Origin: an uncultured Planctomycetota bacterium
GTDB lineage: Bacteria > Planctomycetota > Planctomycetia > Gemmatales > Gemmataceae
Assembly: GCA_963849325.1 (NCBI GenBank)
Contig: CAWKHF010000012.1
Location: 1,248,001 to 1,312,000, forward strand
DNA: 64,000 nt
Direction of reading: 5' to 3'
A program made the position numbers and the translations under genes. Shown piece after piece: positions 41,433 through 53,433 of the stretch. Position 1 is the stretch's first letter. Every line of letters begins with the position of its first letter. Below the pieces are notes generated by a model. That model did no database searches, was not told the origin of the DNA, and saw only the letters and a program-made list of their open reading frames with translations.

Positions 41433-42603
41433 ATGCTCGAAACCACCCGTCTGCTCCGCGATCTCGTTGCCTTGCCCAGCGTCAACCCCATGGGCCGACC
41501 CCTGCAAGGCCCGGACATCTACGAGCACCGCGTCACCGCCTACCTGGAAGACTTCTTCCGCTCTCTCGGCGTCTCCTACGAACGGCAGTCCGTCGCCCCG
41601 CTGCGCGACAACATCCTGGCCTGGACGGACGCGCCCGGTTCGGCCCCGACGCTGATGTTCGAGGCCCATCAGGACACCGTACCGACGGACAACATGACGA
41701 TCGAGCCGTTCGCGGCGCGGATCGAGGACGGTCGGCTGTACGGTCGCGGCGCCTGCGACATCAAAGGGGGCATGGCCGCGATGCTGGCCGCCTTCGCTCG
41801 ACTGGTGCGCGACAAGCCGCGCGGCGCCGCCCGCGTCGTCATGGTCTGCACCGTCGATGAGGAGTTCACCTTCCTCGGCGTCCAGCATCTGGCCCAGGCG
41901 GACTTGCGGGCGCTTCGCCGGCCTTGTCGGCGCCGTCGTCGCCGAGCCGACGCAGCTGCACATCGTCGATGCCCACAAGGGCGCCGTCCGCTGGGACTTG
42001 ACGACGACGGGCCGATCCTGCCACAGTTCGCGGCCGGAACTCGGCGTCAACGCCATCTATCGCATGGCCGATCTGCTGCCCCTGATCGCGCGCTACGCCG
42101 ACGATCTACGTGCCTCGCGGAGCGATCCGCGCCTGGGACCAGCGACGCTGAGCGTCGGCCGCATCGACGGCGGCACCAGTGTCAACACGGTGCCCGACCA
42201 GTGCCGCATCGAGATCGACCGCCGTCTGCTGCCGGGCGAGGACGCCAAGTCGGCCCTGGGGCAACTGCACGAATACCTGCGGCAGCACGTTGATCCCTCT
42301 CTGGCGTTCGCGTTCTCCGCGCCGTGGCTGTCGGCCCCCGCGCTGAGTCCGACCGGCTCGGCGGAACTGGTGGCTCGCCTCGGACGAGCCATCGACCAGG
42401 TGGCCGGCGCTGATCAGGTGTTGGCGGTGCCCTACGGCACCGACGCCGCGCCCCTGGCGGAGTCCGGCATTCCTTCGGTGGTTTTCGGTCCCGGTGACAT
42501 CGCCCGCGCCCACACCTGCGACGAATGGGTTCCCCTCGCGGAGGTCGAGCAGGCCAGCGAGATCCTCTATCGGTTGGCCTGCGGTGGAGACGGCTATTTC
42601 TAA
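41433..42603 (+). CDS. M20 family metallo-hydrolase, ArgE/DapE-like (frameshift near 41910)
   Basis: EAHQDTVP, GRGACDIKGG, DEE, AEPT, HSSRPELGVNAI, GTDA, AHTCDEW. Confidence 0.9.
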
Positions 42604-42759
42604 TCCAAGCGGACACGGACCATTTCTAAGTTGTCACTCCGGGGTCGTCTCGGTTACGCTGGGAGGTAGGAACGGGAGTCATTTCACGGCCCGTTCGGAG
42701 CGGAGGAGAGGTTGCATCCGCGGTCCTTCGCCAAGAAGCACGTTCCGGGAGCACATTCC

Positions 42760-43604
42760 ATGAAAGGCAACGTGAATCCCTTCGAGCCGTGGCGCCCCTC
42801 GGGACGGGATGTTCCGCCGCCGGTCCACGCTGCCCGGCCCTGGCGTCCGCCGCAGAGGAGGCGGGCTGGCGCCGCCGAGGAGGAGCCGCCCTTCGTCGAA
42901 CCCGTCGATCCGCCGGTTCGCAAGGACCGACCCAAGCGGGAGCGACGGCCCGAGCCGGAACGACGGCGACGGCCGCAGCCGTCTACCCTGAACCCACCCA
43001 TCTCGGAGTTGCGGACAGATCAGAAGGTCGTCTTGGCGATGTTCTTCGTCCTGGTCCCTTTGGGTTTGGCCGGCCTGGGTTGGCTCGGCGGCACGCACCT
43101 GCCGCGCGTGGTCGTCACGCTGCTGACCGTCGCCGTCGGTTTCACCACCGGCCTTTCGTTGGCCCATCGACGGAGCTGGTATGTGCGACTGGGCTGGATG
43201 GCGGTCGGCCTGGCCCTGGCCGCTCTGTCCGGCTGGTTCGTGCCGACCACGCGCGGCGTCAACCTCTGGTCGGCGTACCAGCGCGTGGATGAACTGCACG
43301 CTCTGTCGGCGGGAGATGTTGCCGGATACACGCGCGGGCGCCGGGCCGTCAGGAGGTGGTCGCGGAATTTCCGACCTTTGCCGGAGACGTGACCGCCGCC
43401 GAGAAGGCATGGCTCCGCCGCACGGTGGACGCCGCCGTTGAGGAGGCCGACCGGCAGCTGGAGACCGATCCGCACCAGGCGGTCGCCGACCTTCACCATC
43501 TGAACGCGGCCCTCGAACGCCTGGAACACTACCCGCTGGTCCGGGCCGAGTTGGCGTCGGCCCGTCGGCGGGCGCTGCAAGCCTGCCGGAAGGCGGCGCG
43601 GTAG
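42760..43604 (+). CDS. Membrane protein of unknown function (frameshift near 43340)
   Basis: Pro-rich N-terminus, three TM segments, helical C-terminus continuing in ORF 43356..43604. Confidence 0.6.
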
Positions 43605-43750
43605 GAGGTCGAACGGTTGTTTGACCTCAAATAAAGTACAAAGGCACCCTTTTTGCACTCTTTGGCAAGGAGGTAGGAGGTACAGGGTGTCGGCGGCCGG
43701 TACGACGCCCTCCAGGCCACTGTTCAGCCGGCCAAGCCAGAGGGTGAATC

Positions 43751-44329
43751 ATGACTACGGCAACACGATCCGCGGTCGTTGGCGTCTTCAACACGCGCGA
43801 ACAGGGACACCAGGCGGTCGAGGAGCTTCGTCGCGCCGGCTTCTCGGACCACCACATCACCATGGTGATGCATCACAACGAGGATGCGAAAGTCGAGATC
43901 ACCGACATGGACGCCGCCAAGGCGGCGCAAGTGTCCGGCGAGAGCAAGGCCGGCGAAGGCGCTCTGGCCGGCGCGATCGCCGGCGGGATTGGGGGAGGCG
44001 CCTTGGCCCTGGCGATTGGCCTGATCCCCGGTATTGGGCCTGTCCTGTCGTTTGGCACTCTGGCCGCCTCGGTCTTCGGCATCGGCGCCGCCATCGGGGC
44101 CACGGGGGGCGGCATCGTCGGTGCTCTGATCGGCCTGGATTTCCCGGAGGAGGATGCTCGATTCTACGAGCAGGAGTTGAAGGCCGGCCGCGTCCTGGTG
44201 GGTGTGCATGCGGGGGATCGAGCGGATGAGGCGCAAGCCATCCTCGACCGCACGGGCGGTTACCACGCTCAGACACCGAGGCGAGCGCCGGACACGGACG
44301 AGCTTCCGCCGCTCGCTACTCCGTACTAA
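43751..44329 (+). CDS. General stress protein-like (YflT-like) with glycine-zipper region
   Basis: VVGVFNTREQGHQAVEELRRAGF, GALAGAIAGGIGG, IPGIGP, EEDARFYEQELKAGRVLV. Confidence 0.75.
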   Translation: MTTATRSAVVGVFNTREQGHQAVEELRRAGFSDHHITMVMHHNEDAKVEITDMDAAKAAQVSGESKAGEGALAGAIAGGIGGGALALAIGLIPGIGPVLSFGTLAASVFGIGAAIGATGGGIVGALIGLDFPEEDARFYEQELKAGRVLVGVHAGDRADEAQAILDRTGGYHAQTPRRAPDTDELPPLATPY

Positions 44330-44444
44330 AGACTTAACCACGGATAGGCTTTGCTCCTTTATTCCTGAAACTGGCAAGATAGCAAAATTGGGAAGCTGCC
44401 TGGCTTCACCACATTGCCATTTCGGGGAATAAAGGAGCAAAGCC

Positions 44445-44534
44445 CCACGGATAACACGGATAAAACGGATAAAAAGACAGAAGAACAAATCGATTCTTCT
44501 GTCTTTTTATCCGTTTTATCCGTGTTATCCGTGG
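44445..44534. repeat. Palindromic element, family A (perfect 41-bp arms, 8-nt loop)
   Basis: CCACGGATAACACGGATAAAACGGATAAAAAGACAGAAGAA-caaatcga-exact reverse complement; an extra half-unit AACCACGGATA at 44336. Confidence 0.9.
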
Positions 44535-44553
44535 TTTATTTAAAGGGGCAAGA

Positions 44554-45967
44554 TTACAGCAGTTCGGTGATCGGCTCGCCGTAAGGCAACATCGGCATCG
44601 GCCGCCCGCCGGGATCGAGGAAGGACGTGTTCGCGTAATCGATGCCGAGGTGGCGGAACATCGTCGCCCACAGGTCGTTGGGCGTCAGCGGTCGATCCTT
44701 GGGGTGCTCGCCCTTGGCGTTGGTCGAGCCGACCACCTGGCCGGTTCGCATGCCGCCGCCCGAGACGAGCAGCGACATCGCCTGCGGCCAGTGGTCGCGG
44801 CCCGGTTGCTCTACCTTGCTCTCTGTTCCCTTGGCGTAGCTGATGCGCGGCGTCCGGCCGAACTCGCCAGTGACGATGAGCAACACTTTGCGGTCCAGGC
44901 CGCGCGCGTACAGGTCCTCGATCAGCGCCGTCACCGCCCGGTCGTAGAGCGGGAAGCGGACCTTGGCGTCGTTGAAGAGGTGGCAGTTGACGGCGTGCGA
45001 GTCCCAGTTGTAGGTGCCGTCCTTGAGGAACGGCACGCCAGACTGATAGGGGTTCTCCAGCACCATCGTCACGAAACTGGCGCCGTGTTCGACCAGGCGG
45101 CGGGCCAGCAGCGCCCGCTGGCCCCAGGCGTGCATGCCATAGCGCTCGCGCAGTCGGATCGGCTCGCGCGACAGGTCGAACGCCTTGGCGGCGACATCGC
45201 TCGTCGCCAGCTCCAGGGCTTTGCCCCTGTAAGCGTCCATCGCCCCCATGCTGCCGCCGGCGTCGAGCTGCGCCGGCAAGGCGTCGAAGCGCCCGAGCAG
45301 CTCCAACCGCTCGCCGAGCCGGCCCCGCGCCTGCGGCGGCAACGAGACGTTTTTGACCTCGAACTTCGGCGAGCTGGGATCGCCGACGACCATGAACGGG
45401 TGCGTTGAGGGGCCGAGGTAAGCGGCGCCGAAGCTGTAAACGTCGATGCTGATCGCGGCCGGGGTCGGTGCCGGCGATGTAGTTGGGTACGCCGGCCTGC
45501 CGCTCCTGACGGGCTCGGGCGACCATCGAGCCGACCATCGGGTAGTCGTTGACGAAGCCGACCGGCGAGCGCGGATCGCGGCCGGTCAGGAAGCGTTTGT
45601 GGCCGCCGCCGTGGTCGGCGAACTGGTGAGCGATGGAGCGGACGAGGGTGAACTTGTCGGCGATGCGGGCGTGCAGGGGCAGCAGTTCGCACACGTCGAG
45701 GCCGGGAACGTTCGTGCGGATCGGCCGGAACGCGCCGCGGTACTCCGCCGGGGCGTCCGGCTTCATGTCGTAGGTCTCCATGTGCGGCGGCCCACCCGGC
45801 AGCCAGATGAGGATGACGGCGGTGTCGGGCGCCTTACCCGTCTCCGCCGCCTCCAGACGCAAGGGCAGCAGTCCGCGCACACCCATACCGCCCAGGGTGA
45901 GCGCACCCATTTGGAGGAAGCGGCGCCGGGTAAGAGGGCCGGGGCAGTGGAAAACAGCAGGACGCAT
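44554..45967 (-). CDS. DUF1501 domain protein (frameshift near 45450)
   Basis: TRRRFLQ leader, WLPGGPPHMETYDMKP, WDSH, TGEFGRTP, GRDHWP. Confidence 0.88.
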
Positions 45968-46077
45968 GAGGAATCTCGGCAGGAGGGTCGATGGCGGGAG
46001 GGCGAGGTTCAATCTACTCCCAAGCTACGGGGCTGCCTGGGTCGTGTCAACTTCTTGTGCGAAGCCAAGCGGTCTTA

Positions 46078-46135
46078 CCGAGCCGCGACCGTTAGGGAGC
46101 GGGGCTTTCTCCGCTCCCTAACGGTCGCGGCTCGG
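46078..46135. repeat. Palindromic element, family C (REP-like)
   Basis: CCGAGCCGCGACCGTTAGGGAGCGG...CCGCTCCCTAACGGTCGCGGCTCGG; second copy at 59221. Confidence 0.88.
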
Positions 46136-47534
46136 CTTGGTCCGCTAGGAGAGCCTTCTGCACACATTCGATCAGTAAGGCTTCTTGATGCGCGAAAATC
46201 GTGCGGACGTCGAGTACCAGCTTGCCATCGCGCAGACGGGCCATGACGGCAGGCGTTCCCAGACGCAGACGGCGAGCCAACTCGGCATCGCGGAGAATGG
46301 CGGCTTCGACTTCGACCACCCAGGAGGTCATGGCCTGGTCCGGCAGCGAACCTCCGCCGGCATAGGCGACGTCCTCAGCCGCCTTCACCGACGCTAGGCC
46401 GGCGAGGCCGCGCAGGCGCTCGGCCAGTGCCTCGGCCCGCCGGCGCAGCTCGTCGAGTGGCGTGCCGAGCATGCGCAGCACCGGCACGTCGCGCAAGCGC
46501 GCGTTCCTCGTGGAGATATAGCCGCAATGTCGCTTCGAGGGCCGCCAGCGTCATCTTATCGAGGCGAAAAGCGCGCATGAGGGGGTCTTTCTCGATCCGC
46601 TCGACCCAGTCGCGTCGGCCGGCGATGATGCCGGCTTGCGGCCCGCCGAGCAGCTTGTCGCCGCTGAACAGGACCAGATCGGCGCCCGCCGCGATGCTCG
46701 CCCGCGCCATCGGCTCATCCTGGAAGCCGAAACGCGCGAAGTCCAGCAAGGCGCCGCTGCCGATGTCGTCGATCACCGGCAGGCCGTGCTTGCGTCCCAA
46801 CTCCGCCAGGTCCGTCAGCGCCACGGAGTTCGTGAAGCCGGAGATGCGATAGTTGCTCGAATGGACCCGTAGCAAGGCGCCGGTGTTCGGGCCGATGGCG
46901 CGCTCGTAGTCGGCCAGGCGCGTGATGTTGGTAGTGCCGACCTCGCGCAGCACGGCGCCGCTGACGGCCATGATCTCAGGGATGCGGAAGCTGCCGCCGA
47001 TCTCGATGAGCTGGCCGCGCAGAGGACGACTTCCTTGCCCGCCGCCACGGTTCGCAGCACGATGACCGTGGCCGCGGCGTTGTTGTTGACCGCCGTGGCC
47101 GACTCGGCGCCGGTCAACCGGCACAACCAATCGCGGATGGAGATTTGTCGGGAGGAACGTTTGCCGCTGTCGAGATCGAGTTCCAGGTTGAGATAGCCGC
47201 GCGCCGCTTCGTAGGCCGCCTTCGCCGCCTCTTCCGCGATCGGCGACCGGCCAAGGTTCGTGTGCAGAACGATGCCCGTGGCGTTGAGGACCGTCCGAAG
47301 TTTGGGGCGTAATTCGCGGACCAGGCGCTCGGCCACGCGCTCCGCCACGACCTCCACTCGCGCCTGTCCATCGATGGTCTCCCCCCGGCCCAGACGACAG
47401 CGCAAATCGTCTAACTCGATGCGGATGGCGGCGACAATCCGATCGTGTCCATGTTGAAGGGCCAACGCCTGGACGGCCGGCGCCGTCAGGATCTCGTTGA
47501 CCGAAGGGAGATGCCGTAAGGGATTGTCCACCAT
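46092..47534 (-). CDS. selA: L-seryl-tRNA(Sec) selenium transferase (frameshifts near 47020 and 46500)
   Basis: [51 protein letters not shown] (PLP Lys). Confidence 0.95.
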
Positions 47535-47592
47535 AACTGAATCTCGACTGACGGTCTGCCCTAAAGAACTAGTCTGGCCCATAAAGAACCTA

Positions 47593-49510
47593 TTAGGCCG
47601 AAGGCGATAAGCGGAGGTCGCCCTCGCGTCTCGTGACTCCGATCCGGTCCAGGTATTCGCACAGCGGCACGGCGTATTTCCGCGTCGTTCCGAGCATATC
47701 GCGGATATCCGCCACCGTCAGCGCCGCGCCTTCCGCGAGCCGTTGCGTCACCCGGCGGCGCATGTCGGCTTCCACGTCGGAATGAATATAAACGCCCTCT
47801 GTTATATGTATTAAGTGGCCCTCGGCGACGCAGACGCCGAGCAGATCGTCGAGGTTGGCCGCGTTGCCGCCTGCTTGTCCGGCGAAGCTGCTCGGCTCCG
47901 GCGGTTGGAAGCGCGCCTCCTGATACGCCGCCACCAGCTTGTCCTTGAGCTTGCGCAGGTTGGCGCTCAGCTTCGGCTTGAATTCGGCTCGGCCGATGCG
48001 GCGCAGGTCGCCCACCAGTTTCTTCGCCGCGATCAGCCGATCCACGGCCGCATGGACCAGCGCCTCATCGCCGACGTAATCGAGCTGCGACTGCACTTTC
48101 TGGCGGTCGTGCGTGGACATGAGGGGAAACTGGTCGTGCAGTCGATCGAGAGCGGTTCGGATGCGCTCTTCCAACTCGTGGACCATGTCTTTATGCAAGA
48201 GAAGTCGGCGGGCCGTGCTGATGACCACGTCCACTAACTCGCCCTGCTCCTTGAGCTGAGACACCAACTTCGCCGCCTCGTCCGGGCCGACGTTGGCGCC
48301 GCGCACCAGGTCCGGCAGTGTGAAGCCGGCGAAGGCGCCGAACCACGCCACGGTCAGCACCCGCTCGCGGGCGTCGCCGCTCCACAAGCGTTCGATGCGT
48401 TCGAGCATCTCGATGTGCCGCCGACGGATCTTGCGCGCCACCGGCTGCAACACCTGGCCGCCGCCGAGCGTCTGCGCCGCCGACGATTCGCGGACGACAA
48501 ACGGCTGGCCCCAGATGCCCGTCGCCGGCTCGTCGAGGAACACTTGCGCCAGTCCCCACTGACCCGGCTCGATGGCGTCGGCGTCGAGCAGCGACGACCG
48601 CGCCCATGATCTCGGACGTACCGAGGTGGAAGCGCACCGGCATGCGGTGTTTGATCGGCCGTTTCATGTCGGCCAGGCAGTGCAGGCGAACCGTCAGCAC
48701 GCGCGACGGCACCAGATAGCCCGGTGTCGCCAATTCCTGACCGCGGACCACATCGTCGTGATGAACGCCGGCGAGATTGATCGCCGCCCGCTGGCCGCGG
48801 TGCAATTCCTCGACGGCCTGGTCGTGATTCTGCAAGGAGCGCACGCGCACCCGCTCGCCGCGCGGCAGCCATTCCACCTCGTCGCCCACGCGCAGACTGC
48901 CCGACGTCACCGAGCCGGTCACGATCGTGCCGTGGCCCTGCACGATGAACGAGCGATCGATCGCCAGGCGAAACCACTGCCGTCCCTGTCGCTCTTCGAC
49001 CTGCCGGCAGGCGTCGGCGAGGGCCGTCTTCAACTCCGCGACGCCCTGCCCGCTGGGAGCCGACGTGGCGATGATCGGGGCATTCTCCAGGAACGTGCCG
49101 CGCACCAGGTCGCGGACCTCCAACTCGACGACCTCGCGCGTCGTCTCATCGACGAGGTCGCACTTGGTCAGGGCGATGACGCCGTGTCGCAGTCCGAGCA
49201 GGCGCAGGATCTCCAAGTGCTCGCGCGTCTGCGGCATGACCGAGTCGTCGGCCGCCACCATGAGCACGGCCAGGTCGATGCCGGTGGCGCCGGCCAGCAT
49301 GTTCTTGACGAAACGCTCGTGGCCGGGCACGTCCACGATGCCGAGGCGGAAGGGCGGCAGATCGAGGATGGCGAAGCCGATGTCGATGGTGATGCCGCGG
49401 GCCTTCTCTTCCGGTAGGCGATCGCAGTCGATGCCGGTCAGCGCCTTGACCAGGGAAGTTTTGCCGTGGTCGATGTGTCCGGCCGTGCCGAGGATGAGGT
49501 CGCGGGTCAT
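47593..49510 (-). CDS. selB: Selenocysteine-specific elongation factor (frameshift near 48600)
   Basis: [40 protein letters not shown]-terminal winged helix [13 protein letters not shown]. Confidence 0.95.
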
Positions 49511-49606
49511 GGTTTGCTTCTCTTGCCCTGGAGCGTCCTCCTATTGTAACCTGACACGGCGGGAAGCGTGTAGTCGCTCAGGTCGTATCACCCAGAACGG
49601 AAGGAG

Positions 49607-49846
49607 ATGGTCATGGCACAAGGGAGATTGGAAGAACGGGTCGTGGAGTTGGAAAAGGAAATCGCGGCCTTGAAGACGCAGGTTGCGGCGCTAACGAAGC
49701 CGACGGACTGGCGCAGCGTCGCCGGCATGTTCGACGGCGATGAAGTGATGCAGCGCATCTTCGACAATGCACGCAAGATTCGAGAAGAGGACCGTCGACG
49801 GACCCGACCGAAAGCGTCACAAAACAAACGGCGAACGCGGCCATGA
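49607..49846 (+). CDS. Putative antitoxin of the PIN-domain toxin
   Basis: RBS AAGGAG; coiled-coil [16 protein letters not shown] plus [12 protein letters not shown] overlap with the PIN gene. Confidence 0.7.
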   Translation: MVMAQGRLEERVVELEKEIAALKTQVAALTKPTDWRSVAGMFDGDEVMQRIFDNARKIREEDRRRTRPKASQNKRRTRP

Positions 49847-50271
49847 TTCTACTGGATACGGATCATTTAACGATCTTGGCCATTCCACGAAGTGAACGGC
49901 ACACCCATCTGAGAGCACGCATGGCCGCTTCGGGCGATCAAGATTTTGTCATCACCATTGTAAACGCCGAGGAACAACTGCGCGGATGGCTCGCCGAAAT
50001 CAAACGTCAAAAGACACCGCATAAGCAGGTTCCTCCTTACGGGCGTCTCCAAGGCTTGTTGGCCTTTCTGCGACCGTTCTCTTTGCTTGCGTTTGACGAA
50101 AGTGCCGCCAACGAGTTCGAGAGGCTGCGGCGGATGAAAGTGCGCATCGGCAGTTCGGATCTGAAAATCGCCTGTATCGCCCTTGTTCACAAGGTACGCC
50201 TTTTATCGGCGAACCTGCGCGACTTCCGCCAGGTGCCGGGCCTGCAAGTCGAAAACGGGTTACACGAGTGA
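49843..50271 (+). CDS. vapC: PIN-domain (VapC-type) toxin
   Basis: [29 protein letters not shown] acidic PIN residues. Confidence 0.88.
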   Translation: MILLDTDHLTILAIPRSERHTHLRARMAASGDQDFVITIVNAEEQLRGWLAEIKRQKTPHKQVPPYGRLQGLLAFLRPFSLLAFDESAANEFERLRRMKVRIGSSDLKIACIALVHKVRLLSANLRDFRQVPGLQVENGLHE

Positions 50272-50287
50272 TTCGGGAGATGAATTG

Positions 50288-50878
50288 ATGCTGGGAACCA
50301 AACTCGATGTTCGGCCGTTCATGGAGCGAGTGGCGCACGAGCTGATGCAAGTCGATCCGGCTCAGATCAAGGCGTTGGCCGACGCCATGTACGATTGCTA
50401 CGAGCACGGTCGTTTCATCTTCGTGTGCGGCAACGGCGGCAGCGGCTCCAACGCCTCACACTTTTGCGAGGACATCGGCAAGGGCACCCTGCGCCGCGAG
50501 GACTTCGACAACGACCACAAGAAGCGCATGCGCATCCTCAGCCTGACCGACAACACCCCGTATATCCTGGCCTGGGGCAACGACGAGGGTTTCGAGCGCG
50601 TTTTCGTCGAGCAACTGAAAAACCTGGCCAGTCCCGGCGACCTGCTCCTCGCCGTCAGTGGTTCGGGCAACAGTCCGAACATCTTGCGTGCCGTCGAGTG
50701 GGCCAACACGCACGGCCTGAAGACGTTCGGCTGCACCGGCTTTTCCGGTGGCAAGCTGCGCACGCTGGCGCAACACAACCTGCACGTCCCCCTCGACGAC
50801 ATGGGCATCGTCGAGTCGATCCACCTGACGGCGTTCCACTGGATCGTGGACGACCTGCACCGGCGGATCTCTCTCTGA
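50288..50878 (+). CDS. SIS-domain phosphosugar isomerase (GmhA-like)
   Basis: [35 protein letters not shown]. Confidence 0.85.
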   Translation: MLGTKLDVRPFMERVAHELMQVDPAQIKALADAMYDCYEHGRFIFVCGNGGSGSNASHFCEDIGKGTLRREDFDNDHKKRMRILSLTDNTPYILAWGNDEGFERVFVEQLKNLASPGDLLLAVSGSGNSPNILRAVEWANTHGLKTFGCTGFSGGKLRTLAQHNLHVPLDDMGIVESIHLTAFHWIVDDLHRRISL

Positions 50879-50887
50879 GAGGGGCGC

Positions 50888-51844
50888 ATGTGGCTCGGCA
50901 TCGAAATCGGCGGCACGAAACTGCAGCTCGGCGTCGGACCCGATGACGGCGCGCTGCGCGGATTGTGGCGCGGCCCGGTCGATGTCGCCGCCGGCCCGGA
51001 GGGCATTCGCCGCCAGATCGTCGCGGCTGTGCCGGAGTTGATCGCCAGGGCGGGAATCGAGCGCGGCGAACTGCGCGGCATCGGCATCGGCTTCGGCGGC
51101 CCGGTGGACGATGCCACGCACACGGTCATCACGTCGCATCAAATTGAGGGTTGGGACGGATTTCCGCTGGCCGACTGGATCGCGGAGATGCTCGACCTGC
51201 CGGCGGCCCTCGGCAATGACGCCGACGTGGCGGGGTTAGCCGAGGCGCTGCATGGGGCCGGGAAGGGACTATCGCCGATCTTTTATATCACGATTGGGTC
51301 GGGCATTGGTGGCGGCTTCATCATCAACGGCGAGATTTATCGCGGCTGCGGACGCGGAGCGGCGGAGATCGGCCATCTGCGAATCGCGGCCATCTTGCGG
51401 AACCAAGAGAGCGTAATTCGCCCTCTCGAAGACTGGGCCTCCGGTTGGTCGATTGCCCGCAATGCGGAAAACCTCTTAGCTTTCTTCAAAGCTCCGCCAG
51501 ATCGAGTCGTTGATCTGGCAGGCGAGGGGCGGATTACAGCTCAGACAATAGCTCAGGCTGCGGAACAAGGCGATGCGACAGCTCAGAACCTACTGGCTTT
51601 CACGCGGGATGCACTCGCGGAAGGGATCTGTCATGTCATCACGCTGTTGTGCCCGCAGTGCATTGTCATTGGCGGCGGTGTCTCTTTGATGGGTGAAAAG
51701 TTGCTGTTTGAACCCTTGCGTCAACTCATCGCCGAGCGGGTCTTCAAACCCTTCGCCGGCCTGACGGACATCGTACCGGCGACCCTCGGTGAGGAAGTGG
51801 TGGTACACGGGGCCATCGCACTGGCCCGCAAGCGGCTCGGATAA
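50888..51844 (+). CDS. ROK family sugar kinase
   Basis: GIEIGGTK, NDADVAGLAE, GSGIGGG, EIGH, IVIGGGVS. Confidence 0.9.
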   Translation: MWLGIEIGGTKLQLGVGPDDGALRGLWRGPVDVAAGPEGIRRQIVAAVPELIARAGIERGELRGIGIGFGGPVDDATHTVITSHQIEGWDGFPLADWIAEMLDLPAALGNDADVAGLAEALHGAGKGLSPIFYITIGSGIGGGFIINGEIYRGCGRGAAEIGHLRIAAILRNQESVIRPLEDWASGWSIARNAENLLAFFKAPPDRVVDLAGEGRITAQTIAQAAEQGDATAQNLLAFTRDALAEGICHVITLLCPQCIVIGGGVSLMGEKLLFEPLRQLIAERVFKPFAGLTDIVPATLGEEVVVHGAIALARKRLG

Positions 51845-53396
51845 TCACGGCTTTGCGGCGGCCTCGCCTCGCGCCGCCACCATCGCCATTTCCTCCATCA
51901 TCTGCTTCTCGCTCCATCCTTGCTCATGTCCCCGTCCGACGGCGAAAGTGATCTTGCCCTCATACGGCGGCTTCGCTGCGCAAGAATTCGTCGAGTCGGT
52001 GTACCGCATTGTTGAGGAAATACTCGTCGGCCTCGCCGACCCAGATGCGGAGCTTGCTGCGCAGCTTCGGGCCGAGCGTCTTCCAGTTCGTTTGCAGCAC
52101 CAGCCGTAAATCATACTGCTTCCAGTGCTCGATCGCATCGCGGTCGATTCGGCCGGTGACGCCGTCCCACAGCGGACGCGGCAGGCCATCGCGGCCGCGC
52201 GGACCAAAGACGGCGTTCCAGGCGCCCCAGTCCCGACCCGACAACTCCCAGCGCCCGCCGCGGCCGAGCACGCGCTCGATTTGACATTCGTGCCGCACCG
52301 TGTAGCGAACGTCGCCGTTACGCTCGCGCGCGGCAGGGCGCTCGAAACCGTGGACGTTCACATAGACATTCTCGTCCTCATAAATGTTGATGAGTTCATA
52401 CGCCCGAAAATCGACCGGATCGGGAGCGTGCGACCAGGCGCCATTGAAGAAGTCCGGGTAGAAGACCTGCAAGGCCAGCGACACCCAGCCACCCGTGGAG
52501 GCGCCGTCCAGCACCCGCGCGGATGGCCGGCCGATGGCGCGGAACTTCCGCTCGACGTGGGGAACCAGCTCCTGCGTAACGGCGTCGCCGTAAGGGCCGT
52601 TGTTGGCGGAGTTGACTTGGTACGGATCGCCGTAAGGCCCGGCACCGTCGAGGTGCAGCAGGATCATCCTCGGCGTATCGTCGGCCAACCACGTTTTGCG
52701 GAAGTCAGAGTCCGCGTGCATCATGTCCTTCACGGCCGTGTAGCGCGTGCCATAGCCGCCGATGTGGATGCGCAACGGATAACGCCGTTCGCGCTCGCGC
52801 TGGTAATCGCGTGGCAGAATGACGCCGGCACGCAGATACATCGGCCGGCCGTGAAACCGGCTCAGCAATTCCGAGCGGAGCTTGACGTACTTGACGTACT
52901 CGTCCTCCTCGGGCAGTTCCTCGGGCGGGACCTTGCGCGTCAGTTCGATCTTCACCGTGCCGCCGCGCAGCGGGTCGAGCTTGACGGCGAGCGGATCGCT
53001 GTAGAGGTTGTCCGGGGCGTCCGTCCGCTGCAGATCGCGGTTGACGTCGAAGACGGCCTGCACGAAGTACTCGCCTTTGGGCAGGTCGGCCAGATGTTTG
53101 ATGGGAGAGAGGAGGGCCGTCTGGTCGATCGCGGCGGTGACGCCGGGAGCGAAGCCGTACACGTCGCGGCCGAGGATTGGCGGCGCTTTCCGGCCCGTTT
53201 GGCCGATCGCGCGGCGCGGCGCGGGGTTTTTCTCGCGGTCGAGGACGAGGATCAAGCGGCCGTCCCGTGGGTCCGGCAAAAGCTCCTTCGCCACCGTCAC
53301 CTCAAAGCGCAGCGATGTGGACGGGGCGCTCCGGTCGCAGCTCGCGGCGACAAGTGGAAGGAACAGTAACAGCACGGCGGAGCGTCTTCGCGTCAT
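51845..53396 (-). CDS. Putative esterase (alpha/beta hydrolase) lipoprotein (frameshift near 51975)
   Basis: Lipobox LVAASC, NSANNGPYG, nucleophile motif GASTGG, GEADEY; C-terminal GRGHEQG in the shifted frame. Confidence 0.8.
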
Positions 53397-53433
53397 GGCG
53401 GCATTCCTCGTCTTGTGGACGACGACGCCTAGC

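Noticed and set aside
46092-49510. Selenoprotein gene or tRNA-Sec near selAB
   Set aside because: No in-frame TGA with a SECIS-like hairpin in a recognisable redox gene and no tRNA cloverleaf was found by eye.
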